Assembly (NCBI RefSeq): GCF_035084215.1
Contig: NC_090325.1
Coordinates: forward strand, 82,956,001 to 83,020,000
Origin: Heptranchias perlo
Taxonomy: Eukaryota
Reading direction: 5' to 3'
DNA length: 64,000 nt
Below, one piece after another: positions 1 to 13,760 of this stretch. Every line of letters starts with the position of its first letter. The first letter of the stretch is position 1. The notes below the pieces were generated by a model. The model searched no databases, was not told the DNA's origin, and worked only from the letters and a program-made list of their open reading frames with translations. Made by a program: the position numbers and the translations under genes.

Positions 1-1039
1 GCTGTGGGTTTCAGCCAACTGCTGGCAAAAAGCCACTATAATAATAAACTAGTACTGACAAAATGGTAAGGACTGTTCATACAGTAGTTCTCTAAATATA
101 ACACTGATACAATAAGCTCTGACCATAACTAGGTTGTTTTGAGTCTCATTTCTTAATATTGCAATCACATCAAACCATTTTACATAATAAAGTGAATTCT
201 TAATGTCCTACTGCATCATCCTGGCATATATTTTACAAGCTAATGTTACATTCAAGGGCTGTATAACTCTTGCTTTTTCCCTTAGGAGATTATTTATTAA
301 ACAAACTTGTATGTTTAGTTGTAGTACAAACAATAGTATTTGGAACCAGTCAATAATACTTCATTTTCATTAAGTGGAATCACAAATACATGCAACTTTA
401 ATTTGTGGCAGGAGTAATACTAAGACTAAAGAACACAGAATCGCTATCACAGTTGCGTTTGTCATTTTAACTCTCAAGATACAGCCTTGTATACTGTGGA
501 GTTTGTGGGGGCAGCTTTATTCTGTTTGTTTTGCTGGTAGTTATCAACCAGGGCACTTTGTGGCGATGAACTTGATGGCATTAATGCCAAAGAACATGAC
601 CTAATTAATCAGTGCAAATCATAACTTAATTTATTGGGTGATAACCTACTGTTAGAAACTGAGAAATGACATTATATGTTACAGAGCAATATTCTAAAAA
701 ATGAAGACCCTTCCTTATATGTTACTGACCAGCATAGGAATAATTGATTTTTGTCAAATGCAGAATTAATCCTTACCCTGCTGAACAAATATGATTATTG
801 CGATGGATGATGATACTGGCTTCTCAAGAACTGAAAGTATGGAACAAGAAGAGGGCCATTGGCCATCCTTTCACAGACCATGTGGATTTACTGTCTCAAG
901 GACTCCACCCCTCCCAATTAATCTCCCACCGGACAATGTTATGTAAATACTCCATGATTCCCCAATTAAGCAAAAATCTAACGCGAAAGTATTATTAACA
1001 AAGCTATCAAATACTATGTTAATTCTCAAGAACATTTAA

Positions 1040-1520
1040 ATATAAGTTTAGAGAAGTTGTTTTAACCTCCTGTGACCAGTGTTGAGATCACACTGGGTGC
1101 GCAATTTTGGATGCCCTATCTTCAAATGGACATTGATATGTTGGCAAGGATTGAAAGAAGTATGACTAGGTTGATTCTCGGACTTGGGACTTTAACCCAT
1201 GAGCACTCGGAGACCTAAATATTTAATTGAAGAAAAGAAGAATGAGGGGGCTTTAAAATGCTAAGAGGTGTGGGTGACGTGGGTAAAAGTAGGCTATTTG
1301 ACCTAGATTGAGCAGAAAAATAGATGGCATAGAATTAAAACTGACAACCCTCAAGTGAAACTAGAGATTAGAATTCTCCTGTAGCCCTGCACCTCCCCCC
1401 CCCCCCCCCCCCCTCCCGCCCCAGCTAATGGATATATGGAAGAGACTTCCAACAAAAGCAGTTGATGGTGAATTGATTAACTTCTTCAAAAAGAAAGCTG
1501 CATAAATATCTGCTGTTGTA
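1040..1520 (+). mobile_element. Old, degraded CR1 3' fragment
   Basis: Residual similarity to the CR1 C-terminal coding region (VQFW.P.L..DI..L..I..R.TRLI.GL). Contains a poly-C run near 1395-1413. Confidence 0.55.
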
Positions 1521-2004
1521 AGTTGCATAAAGAATTTTTTTCTGTGACATAAACAAAGTTTTTTTAAAATTCAGATTTACTTGGTGGCTGTCACTTTAAA
1601 TCGAATCATAATATATAAGGAATGTTTTTTTTACAAAGCAGTTGCCTACAGTTGTACCAAACTTAACTCAATATAAATGTTTCAAGTCTTGTTTGGTTGC
1701 TTGCATGGCTTGAGAGAGCCACCAATCCTTGTATTTCAAATATATTGATACTTTGGTTCAGTTATGTGTATGACAGCCGGTGATTTTTGAATCCAAATGC
1801 CATTTATTAAAATTCAGCAAGCCTGGGCACCCAGTCAAAGAGAATTTAAGTGGCAGGAACTGTTAATTAATGGAGTTAGTGGTTTTTTGAGCCTTTGAAA
1901 ATCTTCACGGAAAAGTAACGTAGTTAGCTCCCACAGTTAAAAAGATTACAATAAAGAAAAGGATTGCATGCAAAAATATTTATAGAAGAATAAATAAGTA
2001 TATA

Positions 2005-2194
2005 TGTAAGGAATCTTACAACACCAGGTTATAGTCCAACAGTTTTATTTGAAAATCACAAGCTTTCGGAGCTTACCTGCTTTGTCAGCTCCGAAAGCTT
2101 GTGATTTTCAAATAAAACTGTTGGACTATAACCTGGTGTTGTAAGATTCCTTACATTTGTCCACCCCAGTCCATCACCGGCATCTCCACATCAC
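2005..2194. mobile_element. Penelope-like element, short fold-back (terminal repeat only) insertion 1
   Basis: About 69-bp perfect inverted repeat followed by the family 3' tail (...ccggcatctccacatca). Flanked by direct repeat AAATAAGTATATA at 1992-2004 and 2195-2207. Same terminal sequence as the RT-bearing element at 19473-24044. Confidence 0.9.
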
Positions 2195-3619
2195 AAATAA
2201 GTATATAGATTGACAACTTTTATTTTTTTCAACTCATGGAGCTAGATATTAGAACTCACAAACATAGTAGAAATTCTATCACTGTTATTTACTTGTTCAT
2301 CTTTCGTAAAATAAATGCACTTAATTTAAGCTTCAAGCAAGAGCTGAAGTTGTGATGCTGTATTGCTTATCAAAGATGAAAGCGATCTCCTATGGAGGAT
2401 GAAAATAATTCCAGTAGCTAAAAATAATTAAAGGAAAGGTTCTTCTGGGCATATTGCCAAAAGCATACCAAGATATTGTGACTCGTGCAGGCACTCAAGC
2501 ATAGGGAGTTGGGACTCACCTATGAGAATGACCTAAAATTCAAAAGCAGAAAAGCTTACAATAAGACTGGTAGGAAAGACCCAAAAATGTAATACCTTTT
2601 TCTGCCAATTTTCTGTCCTCATCTTAAGTCATTCACTCATTATTGAGAAGTGGTTCCATGGATATCAGGCAACCTCTCGTACCTTGCCTAAATGGCTGTT
2701 GTTTAGGCAGTGAGTGTTGGCAGGCTGTCCAACCAGGAGGGAGGGAGAAATCATAATCAAGCCCAATCTTGTCTTTGTCTGGATATCCACAATTGTACCC
2801 TTCCAGCAGGGATTGCTTTGTATTGATCAGGAGTGGAGTTCTTAAAGTTGACTTATAACTTTGCATTAAATAATATTGTAGTTGTGGGAGAAATTCATGC
2901 GGTATGTCAGAGTCTGATCTCACCATGTTCTATAACTTTCCCAATCTCTGATATGCTCCTTTTGCTTAAGACTCTCTCTGCATGGAAAAATCATCTAAAG
3001 TATTTCTATTTAAAATGCTCCCTGCTGAAAGATCTTTTATGGACACCAAAATCTATTTCTGCAGAGGGTCTTCTGCATTACTTTGGAGCACTCCAAAGCA
3101 GATTTTCTTGGCAAGAAAATGGCATTATTTTGCAAGCATGCCTAAATACTGTAGATCAAGTATGAAAATAATTACATGTCCACAGGAAAAAATATTGAAA
3201 TTCAAATCACAATATTGCCTACTTTGTTCTGAGTACACCCTTAATTGCAAGTAGACATAAGTTCAAAACACATCTTTTGTAGGGTTGTTAAAATCTACTT
3301 GACCACCCTGTGTGTTTCTGACTGCTTCATGTTGCCAGAGAATCTCACTCCTACTTAGCTTGGAATATCTGTACAGGATAGTAAAGTACTCTTTTAATAC
3401 TCTAAACTTCAATGGTTTTGTATTCATATAGGATTTTCTCAGACAAAAAGAAAACTGAAGAAATGAGTACCAGCCTCTCTCGCAGGAAAGACACAGAATA
3501 GGTCAGGAATAACAGTTTCTTGAAACAGCCTCTTTGCTAACTACTGGATGTTTTAATTTTGGTTATAACAAACCTATTTGTAATATTTTACTCCCCATCC
3601 CCTCTAGAAGTGTGCGTTC

Positions 3620-4520
3620 ATAGAATCTTACAGCACAGAAGTAAGCCATTCGGCTCATCGTGCCTGTGCCGGCTCTTTGAAAGAGCTATCCAAATAGTCC
3701 CATAGCCCTGCAAGTTTTACCTTTACAAGTATATATCCAATTCCCTTTTGAAAGTTACTATTGAATCTAGTTCCACAACCCTTTCAGGTAGTGCATTACA
3801 GATCATGATAACTCGCTGCATAAAAAAAAATTCTTCACCTCCCCCCTGGTTCTTTTGCCAATTATCTTAACTCTGTGCCCTCTGCTCATTGACCCTCCTG
3901 CCAATGAAAATAGTTTCTCCTTATTTACTCTTATCAAAACCTCTCATAATTTTGGATATCTCTATTAAATCTTTCCATGACCTTCATTGCTCTAAGGAGA
4001 ACAATCCCAGCTTTTCTAGTCTCTCCACATAACTGAAGTCCCTCATCCTTACCATTCTAGTAAATCTCTTCTGAACCATCTCCAAGTCCTTGACATCCTT
4101 CCTAAAGAATTAGACGTAATTGGACACAATAGTCAAGTTGAGGCTGAGTCCCAGAATTGGACACAATAGTCCAGTTGAGGCCTAAGCAATGACTTATAAA
4201 GGTTCAGCATAACTTCCTTGCTTTTGTACTCTATGCCTCCATTTCTAAAGACAAGGGTCGTGTATGCTTTTTGAAAGAAAGAACTTGCATTTATATAACT
4301 CCTTTCACGACCTCAGGGCATCCCAAAACGCTTTACAGCCAATGAAGTACTTTTGAAGTGTAGTCACTGTTGTAATGTAGAGAAATGCAGCAGCCAATTT
4401 GTACACAGCAAGCTCCCACTAACAGCAATGAGATAATGACAGCCATATCAACTTGTCCTGCCACTTTCAAAGATTTGTGTATGTGAACCCCCAGGTGTCT
4501 CGGTTCCTACGCACCCTTTA
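3620..4520 (-). mobile_element. CR1 LINE 3' fragment containing a SINE tail at about 4272-4440
   Basis: Similar to the CR1 at 15277-16460. The insert matches the 3' part of the SINE at 17075-17535. Confidence 0.85.
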
Positions 4521-6099
4521 CACGTTGGACGGTGACTTGTGCCATGTGGCAAGATATATCTTGTTTGTCCATGAACACTTTGCTTATTAATACAGCAACT
4601 AAAAGTGTTCTGTTAGCATTTAAACTAACTTTACATGCATTCTTTCTGATCACATATTGTTCCTTTTGCTATTTGGCACAGTTTGAAGCTACCACTTATC
4701 CCGTTCATACATCTGTTAGAAGTGGTCCTTCTCCTCAAAAATGGTTAAAAAGCTTTATAGATTGTAATGTTGGGTTGTCCACCAACTAGTAAAGGAATAG
4801 TTCTGGTGAGGGTTGTGAAAATGTCTGTTTACTAGTTCATTCTCTCAATTAAACAGAGTGCTTCAGGTAGCCTTGCAAAAGACAGTGCTCTTGTTTTTAT
4901 GTGGTTGCTGTTAGAACTGTTGTCTGCTGTCAACACTGTTGACAGCAGACAACAGTTATGTAATTTTTTTCCTCTCCCATTTAATGCACAAGAGCTGTGA
5001 ATTGAGAATAAGATCTGTAACTAATGCACAAGTCACTTTTAAATCTACCAACCTCATTGTTTTTTTTTCAAAAAAGGATTGAAGTTCATATTCTATAATT
5101 TTTAAGTGTCTTCCCCTAGTATAATGCTAGGTTCCTTTTATAAATGAGGAGGCTTTAGAATAGTGTATGTGTTAGAATTGTTGAGCAATCCTCTAGACTC
5201 TGACTAAAATGATCAAATGTATTCAAGAAAAATTATACACAACTATTTTTTCTAATGGTCACTAATTTTTTTCATTTGCATTTAAAAGTGCCAAACAATC
5301 TTTAACTAAGAAACTTTCAGAATTAATTTGCACTTTAGATTTAAAGCTGATTTGAATCCCTATCCACTGATTGATCCTAAGAATTAGTACATCATCAGGG
5401 AAAATGAAGGTTTTTAATTGAGTACTGGTACTGTACAATGAAACCTGCTGTGTGCTTAACTGATGTGGTATTGCAATAAATGAGTAGATGTTTACAAATG
5501 CACATGGTGTGAAACCAGGTACTCAAATATAGGGTATAAACAGATTTGCAAAATACTTCTTTAAATAGATTTTAAATAAGGAAAAGCCATTGCTTTTCCC
5601 TCTTTTACAAAAAAAAGCAGGACACTGTAAAATGGACAAGTGAGTGGAGTAGAAGCAGGCAGAAAGAAGCACAGATTTGCATTTATTAGTACCTGACTTG
5701 AAGAAAGAAAAATGAAAATACAAGAAAGTGCATCTCTGATATAAAGTTAATAGAACTTGAAAATAGTGTGACCAGTTACAATTTAGAGATGTAATAACCA
5801 TTTGTTGATCTGTAAATCTTGCATATAATATGGCACCGTCTGCTCGAGCAATTGTCCAGAAGTATCACAATGAATTGATCTTGCCATGCATGATCACTCA
5901 GACTTACTAACATATCGGGTAGGCATGATTTTAATTGCTTTGCATTGAAGGTATGAAATGTGACAGTGGGCTGCTGAACTAAAAAGCTGTACACCTAGAT
6001 GACTGCCCCATCAGAAGGTATAAGATCTGTACACTTTAACAGTATATGCTTTAAACCAGTGTGCAATTGATAAGAACTTTTAACATTGCATTAATGGAA

Positions 6100-6560
6100 A
6101 TTAATCAGGTTCAACCCCTGATCTGTTGAATTAGCTGATTTCAGCGAGGACAATAATGGAGCACAACAAGAGACTTCAATGTCCTGGGCTGCAAAGGGGA
6201 CAATTTAGCTAGGGTTCCTGCTTCTGATTGCTGTCAGTGACCCCTGCTTCGAAATGACTATAAATGTTGGCTGAGGACAGCTTTAGTCTGACCCTGATGT
6301 CAGTCTATTTCACCTTGAGGAACAACATCAATTTCAGCTGGGACTTGTTGATGCTGGACCAGTGAGGGGAAAATCAGCCTTGGTTCCTCCTTCTGGTTGC
6401 TGTATAGTGACTCCAGTTGTGAGTGTGGATGTTGGTTGAAAACAGGCTCAGCTTTGAAGCATGTTTATTGGGACGGAAAGGGAAGAGAGATATTTACTGC
6501 CCTGGTTCACAAAGGAAGAATGGCCTCTTGGCTGAGCTACTGAATGAAAACTGATGGGGA
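6100..6560 (+). repeat. Unclassified old SINE-like repeat with an internal duplication; related copy at about 27860-28115
   Basis: Shared motifs (tagctgatttcagc, cagtgacccc, gaatggcc.cttgg) in both places. The segment near 6185-6295 recurs near 6350-6455. Confidence 0.5.
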
Positions 6561-7007
6561 GAAAAACATTTTGAAAGTAATTTAGAGCCTTGCATTCAAC
6601 TTTGTTTTTCTTCTAACGTGGGTATGTTCATTGCACAGGGTTCCAGACTAATTTCTAGTGTATTATTTGACCACTTTTAGTATTTAATCTCTCAACAATA
6701 TATTTTTAAACGTTCATGAGTAAAATTCCACTTCCATTTGGCTTGCCCTACCCTCATTTCAATTCTAAACTTTTCAAATAATTGTATGCTATTTTTTCAA
6801 AAATATCACAGCACATTGGAAACAAAGATCCTCAAATATGTTAATTTTTCTGCCTTCTATGCTGGGTGGTTTAAACGCAGAACTTTGTGGAGAAAATATT
6901 TTGTCACTAGCTTTACTGGAAAAGGTCAATTGTTTTCAGTATTTTTAACTTTTTCTAGATTTAATATTTTTGGGTGAATTCTACCCCCACTGCCTTTCAA
7001 TTTTTAG

Positions 7008-7095
7008 AAACATAGAGAATAGGAGCAGGAGTAGGCCATTCGGCCCTTTGAGCCTGCTCCACCATTCAATATGATCATGGCTGATCCTCTCTCTC
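7008..7095 (-). mobile_element. Short CR1 3' tail
   Basis: Nearly the same as 60025-60110. Confidence 0.75.
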
Positions 7096-8654
7096 AAATT
7101 ATTTTTATCCTTTTTTGATCTCTGGTTCCTACAGTTGAGAGCGCAGTGCCCCCGGAAGCTAAGCACCAGGCGGTTGTAGAAGCCACCCAGTCATGACTGT
7201 CCCCTTCAATTTTCCCATCCCCTGTTGAGAGACGTGCAGCTTCCGCTTGTTGCCTTTTTTTTCAGTGCAGCTTGGTTTGAAACTGCGAAGCGGAACTGAA
7301 ACGTTGTCCGTCTTTGTTACGTTTCAATTCCAGTTTGGAGGCTTCTAACAACATACAGAATTGTAATACCTGTTCCAATTAGTGATCTGTCTATCATATA
7401 ATTCGCCTTGCATTGAATTATTAATGTTTATCTAAATATGCATCTTTCCAACTTTGAAAAATACCAAAGGGCCTATATTTGTAAAAATAGATTTCATTGA
7501 CCTACCTCCAGATATAATCTGTTTTATTAGAAACTTACATTTCTATTCAAAGTTCAGTGGCAATGATGGGTTCTGAAAGTTCTCCAGTCTTGCTATGAAG
7601 TTTTAGATCAAACTATAACAGTGATAACATTAATAATATGTAAATGTAGCAGAGATGTTTAAAGCTTCAAAAACCATGGATTCAGCGATACTTCTGGATT
7701 AATTAATATCTAAGTTGTCTCGTTAAACCTTTGTCAGCCTTAACTTTTTTTCTTCTATTCTGTAGAATAAAGCAAGAGCAGATCATTTAAATAGTAATCT
7801 GTAAAGTTCAGAGGTTCATGTATACAAAATTTGACATTACGGTCTGGTTCATTAAAGGACATATCAACCCTTTACAGCTGTGGCTATTATGAAATTTTCA
7901 CTGCATTGTAGTGAGTTTGGGTCTCACTCAGCAGAATTCCTTAATGTTGGAAAGTGATGAGTATGTGATGTGTCAAGGAAAGTCACTTCCTGTCTGCTGC
8001 ACACAAAAAAAAATTGTTCTGCAAACTGAGTCTTCAGATGTTTAAGTTGGAGAAGAAAAGCACACTGGAGCACCAATGTACTGTGCCACGAAAGAACACA
8101 AGTTATTTCCCAAGGATCTTCATGTGGTCAGTTGCTAATATTGACCGTGCCTTCAGGGGAATGATGTCGACCAGAATCTAGGTACTTCTCCGCAATGTGT
8201 AGAAGCATAACATTTTATTACTTAGCCTCTCCTCCCACCACCCCATACTACTCAGAGTTGTATTTCTGCACAGATCCTGAGCACATTGCAGATTACATTT
8301 TGAAGACATTTGCAGGTGTAGTAGATCAGTGAGAATCTGGATAAAGAAGATAGCTGCTTTGTAATGAACTTCTAAAATTCAGGACCATTACAAATGAGGT
8401 GCCAAGATACCCAAAAATGAATCTTTTATATCACTACATAGTTCTGAAAAGACAGACGGTTTGTTTTATATAAAGATTTAAGAAAGCTGAACAAAATCCT
8501 CAACAGAAAAAAACACTCCCAAAATGATTCACTTGCATCACTTGATTTGATTGCAGGACTAATGGGAGGCTGATCTGGCACACAACGATGTAAAAGTGTA
8601 ACAAGAATCTCTATTCTGATGGTGTTAGTGAAAAAGTAATACCAATGTATTGAA

Positions 8655-9700
8655 TTACATAGAAATACATAGAATGTACAGCACAGAAACAGGCTGTTCA
8701 GCCCAACAGGTCCATGCCAGCGTTTATGCTCCACACGAGCCTCTTCCAACCCTTCTTCATCTAACCCCATCAACATATCCTTCTATTTCTTTCTCCTTCA
8801 TGTGTCTAGCTTCCCCTTAAATGCATTTATGCTAGTCGCCTCAACTACTCCTTGTGGTAGCAAGTTCCACATTCTAGATAAAGAAGTTTCTCCTGAATTA
8901 CCTATTGGATTTATTAGTGACTATCTTGTATTTATGGCCCCTAGTTCTGGTGTCCCCTGCAAGTGGAAACATCTTCTCTGCGTCTATCCTATCAAGCCCT
9001 TTCATAATCTTAAAGACCTCTATCAGGTCACCCCTCAGTCTTCTCTTTTCTAGAGAAAAGAGCCCCAGCCTGTTAAATCTTTCCTGATAGGTATAACATC
9101 CCAGTTCTGGTATCCTATTAAATCTTTTTTGCACCTTCTCCAGTGCCTCTATATCATTTTTATAATATGGAGACCTGAACTATTCACAGTACTGCAAGAG
9201 TGGTCTAACCATGGTTCTATATAAGTTTAACATAACTTCACTTCTTTTCAATTCTATCCCTCTAGAAGCGAACCCCAGTGCTTTGCTTTTTTTATGGCCT
9301 TCGACAGCACTTCCCAAACCCATGACCTACCACCTAGAAGGACAAGGGCAGCAGGCACATGGGAACAACACCACCTGCACATTCCCCTCCAAGTCACACA
9401 GCATCCCGACTTGGAAATATATCGCTGTTCCTTCATCATCGCTGGGTCAAAATCCTGGAACTCCCTACCTAACAACACTGCGGGAGAACCTTCACCACAC
9501 GGACAGCAGCAGTTCAAGAAGGCGGCTCACCACTGCCTTCTCAAGGACAATTAGGGATGGGCAATAAATGCTGGCCTTGCCAGCGATGCCCGCATCCCAT
9601 GAATGAATTTTTTAAAAAATTAACCTGCGTCGCTACTTTTAGTGATCAGTGTATCCGTGCCCCCGGTCCCTCTGTTCCTCTACCCCATTTAGACTCTTAT
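8655..9700 (-). mobile_element. CR1 LINE 3' fragment (interrupted)
   Basis: ORF 8898..9134 (LGLFSLEKRRLRGDLIEVFKIMKG) and a CR1 tail repeat near 8655-8675. Confidence 0.88.
9298..9615 (+). mobile_element. 3' end of the same LINE family, inserted into a CR1
   Basis: Highly similar to 58740-59055; it interrupts the minus-strand CR1 at 8655-9700. Confidence 0.88.
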
Positions 9701-10469
9701 TTCATCTGTGTTTGTCAAAATGGTTCCCTGCATACTCTTGCATTGAGTGGCACTGGTGGCCTCTGCCTCAATTAAAATAATAGGTGATTGGGAGTAGTAT
9801 CTTAGCATTGTCAAGAAAGGAAATTGAAGGAAATGTTGTGCATCAGGTATCCTGCAGTTTCCTAGTTGCATGACATAATTTGTCAATGATATGTGGAGAA
9901 AAACTTTCAAAGAAAGGACTTTTATCGAAAGAGACTAACCTATTTGCTGGCATGATGAAAATCTTGGAGGAAACAATGTTTTGAAAAATTAATCGAATAG
10001 GAGACGTTGTAGCTTTAACCATCTATCTATACATGCAGCTGCCAGTAGGCACAGCGATCTACATCAGAAAGTGCCATCAACATTGGACAGCAGCTTAGCA
10101 TTCTTCGGAATGGGAAGAAAAAGGACAGTGTCCTGTTGAATTATATTTTCATGCCACGCTTTATCTCTTTCACTGATTTATTGCTGTGGGTTGGGGAAAG
10201 ATGTTAAATAACCTGTATGCAGTGTCTAGAACTGGCAATGCTATTTCCAGCTAAATGACCAATCTTGCATAGTTTTCAACAAAAACTGGATGAATTGCAC
10301 TCTCATCCTACATTTCATAACCTACATTTCATAACCTAACAATTTTGTATGTTGTAGCTAAATGTCATCATATCTGTTCCTTCCATAGCAAAAGTATTCA
10401 GTAGTAGTGCCCAATATCATTGTAAACAAGGTTTACTTGGGAGAAATTTTCGATTTCATAGGCTGTTTG

Positions 10470-10800
10470 GTGCCATGTGTTTGAACACTGCCCTTTCAAC
10501 CTTAGGACATGGGTTCCAAACCAGCTCATATTGATAGAGCGTAAGGCAAGGGTGCATTCATTCTAATGGTTGTTTGACTTTGGACAACCATGTCCATGTC
10601 CTAGTGGAGCAGCTTCTAAATCATAAAATGCCTTTATTTCAGCACTATTTAGGCTGTGCCACTCAAAGGCCACAAGACAAAAGTAGAAGTGTAGCACTGA
10701 TACAATAGGGCTGCACTCTTAAGGTTGGGGTGAGCCTGTGCTATGCTGTACAGGGAGTGCTTGATGCTGACCGATAATGGAATGTTGACATTCCGTAGTG
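10470..10800 (+). mobile_element. LF-SINE-like ancient SINE, more degraded
   Basis: gccctttcaaccttagg...gggttccaaaccagctca...cctagtgg...ggttggggtgag, colinear with the reverse complement of 13440-13760. Confidence 0.45.
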
Positions 10801-11009
10801 ACTAATTTTTTTGAGAACAAAACTTTCTATTCCCCCATTCCAAAAAAAAATTATTCTAGCATTATTCTTTGTTGCATTGTTCTGAATGTTTTACAGATGA
10901 AATATTTTATTTTGTTAATCTATTATACTGCAAAGTCAAATTCAGTTCTTCAAATGAAGTGTTTCAGAGCTGTGTAGGATCCATGTTCTAATTTGTTCTG
11001 TTATTTCAG

Positions 11010-11064
11010 GTTTGGTTTGAGCAACAAATTTGAATCAGAATTCCCTTCATCGTTGACAGGAAAG
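11010..11064 (+). CDS. CHIC2: CHIC2 internal coding exon (exon 2 by human numbering), 55 bp
   Basis: Acceptor ttatttcag, then g + FGLSNKFESEFPSSLTGK, then donor gtaaat. The peptide matches vertebrate CHIC2 as I recall it (FESEFPSS, versus FDTEFPSV in CHIC1) and joins in phase with the next exon. Confidence 0.93.
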
Positions 11065-12319
11065 GTAAATCTTTGATTTCTCATCTTGAGTCAAGTTTCC
11101 ATTTGCTGATGATGGAGGTGGAACTTACAATTGAATAATTTTACAAAGCTATAATTATTTCAGTGAAAGTGCATTAAATGTGGGCAGTATTAACAGGTTT
11201 TTGCTTCTAAAACAAGTTAAAAATGTATGCCACAGATGTGACCTGAACACTGGGTGGTCAACCAGCAGTAGACAACTCACACCAATGCCAGAGCCATAAC
11301 CCCCAGCTTAACAGGTCATAAAGATCAGCATGAACATTGCCATTTTTATGGTTGTTGATGAAAACCTTACTTTATATATGCTGTAATATTTGTGTTGTGT
11401 CTGTATCACCAATTGTACTTTAACATTTACATATTTACTCTGTGAGTTCTGTCCAAGCTGAAGGAGCTAAATACTGCTGTAGTAGTCTTGGATGAGTAGT
11501 TTTCTCTTTATTCCTGGTCAGTGACCACTTGTCATTACCATTTTACTTAGCAAGAAGTTCTACAAATCTTGAAAAAGATGATGAGAGCATGCAGCAGTGT
11601 CACTACTGCACTTAAGTTATCAATACATAATCGACCTATATCTAGAAAATCCTAAAACTTTATGCACTGTGTCTTTCTCATCTTTATCTGTTTTCTTTGC
11701 AACTGTAACTTTAAAAACATTGTTATAGCCATCCTGATTTAAGCATTATCAGAATATATGGTATTAGTTATACATTGTGAAGTGTGTATTGGCACCACTG
11801 AATTGAACAGTTATGCCTAAAAAGATGGGTGAGAAAAAACATCGGGTCCATCAATATTCACCCTATCCTTTAGACATCATGCACCACCTCCCAATCGCAA
11901 GAACCAATTTTTTAAAAGTTAGTTCACCATAAACTGCTTAAAAAACCAAGATACCAGTACCACAAATGCTAATGGACTCTAAGAGACAATTTACAGCAAC
12001 AAATTACCATGGCTGCTTTAGTCCAGTCTGACTCCCCCATTCTTGCTTCTATTCAAACAGATTTCAGAGGCTCAGCTATAGCTTTGCTCATCTCAATGAG
12101 GGTCTAAAAGAAGGATGGGGCATTTAAAAAAAATATATGTTTTTGTCTCAAATACATTTTGATTTGGGGGCAGAGGCATGCCCCAGACTCTCCAAGAAAA
12201 TAAACCTCGGCATTCACAACTCCTTCAGAAATGATTACATTTGCTAATGCCTGTGGCCTGGTCCCGTCTCCGGTTTGCTGCCAACTGCCAGATTCTCGTG
12301 TCTTGGCAGTTTCCTGCAC

Positions 12320-12775
12320 CCTCTGTAAACTTCAGCTCATCCAAAACTGCTGCCCATATCCTGTCCTGCACCAAGTCCCGCTTACCCATCACCCCTCTGT
12401 TCGCTGACCTACATTGGCTCCTGGTCCCCCAACGCCTCCAATTTAAAATTCTCATCTTCCTGTTTAAATCCCTTCATGACCTCGCTGCTCCCTGTCTCTC
12501 TGACCTTCTCCAGCCCTGCGTTCCTCCAACTCTGCTATCTTGTGTGTCCCACCCCACCCCCCACCCCCAGCCCCTCCATTCTCCCCACCATTGGTGGCCA
12601 TGCCTTCAGTCGTCCAGGCCCCATGCTCTGGAATTCCCCCCTTAAGCTTCTCCTCTTCTCCATCTCCCACTCCTCTCCTAATATCTCCTCCTTGGCTCCG
12701 CATCCATTTTTGTCTGATTACACTTCAGTGAAATGCCTTGGGAAGCTTTCTACACTAAAGGTGCAAGTTGTTGTA
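12320..12775 (+). mobile_element. L2 LINE 3' end in CHIC2 intron 2
   Basis: AAHILSCTKSRLPITPLFADLHWLLVPQRLQFKIL is the typical L2 ORF2 C-terminus; L2-like tail ...tgcaagttgttg. Confidence 0.8.
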
Positions 12776-13090
12776 GTAACAAGATTAAAAGTTGGTTCGG
12801 ATAAACTGACTCTCCAAGCTGCTGGCAATACTAAATATTACTGGAGTGAGACAAGTATGCCTCCTTAACAACTTCTATTTTAACTACTGTTTTATTTTAG
12901 GTATTATAGTTTAGAATTTTTTACTGTAATAAAGCTACTTCTGGCATTTGAGTAACTTCATTACTGTAATATTTCAGCTTTACAGATTGTGAGTTGAAAA
13001 CTTACAAAACTATCTAGCCCAGGAAGACAGTCATTTCCCTGGACTTGCCAGGTGCCTACGGGTTAAAAACTAACATGCATAATACAATAA

Positions 13091-13399
<309 letters not shown>

Positions 13400-13439
13400 T
13401 AGCTACTGAATGGAACTGCTTCTCATGTGGAGCACCCAA

Positions 13440-13760
13440 TGTCATTATCAAGTACACCCAGGCCAGTTATAGCAAAATAACATGCAGAGTAATGCTCCCT
13501 CTACTCTATTCCAACAATATGCCTCAACCCCAACCATAAAGAGCACTCCTACTTCCATCAGTATTACATTTCCCACAGTTAAGTATCCTGTGTGAAATTG
13601 TCAATTTGCGCTATTTATTGCCAAATTAGGGACAGTTTTGTGGCCTGTGCTCACCAGGGACTGGGTTGAGGCTACCTAAACTAATTTCACAAAAGATTCT
13701 TGTAGCAAGCAGAAAGAGACTTTCATCCCACTAGTCTGGGCTGGATTTCAAATTGGGATT
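13440..13760 (-). mobile_element. LF-SINE-like ancient SINE
   Basis: The reverse complement has aatccagcccag...gtgaaattagtt...ctcaacccagtccctggtg...ggttgaggcatattg, resembling the LF-SINE consensus as I recall it. Confidence 0.55.

Noticed and set aside
2005-2156. Perfect hairpin as a pre-miRNA or DNA-transposon MITE
   Set aside because: The arms are the terminal sequence of the RT-encoding Penelope element, with an asymmetric tail and a 13-bp TSD.
4115-4182. Short direct repeats (also the 14-bp tandem near 10307-10336) as a CRISPR-like array
   Set aside because: Only two units each, with no spacer series. These are ordinary local duplications in eukaryotic DNA.
1-11009. CHIC2 exon 1
   Set aside because: No acidic MADFDEIYEE-like coding segment or CpG island was found; exon 1 is probably upstream of the window.
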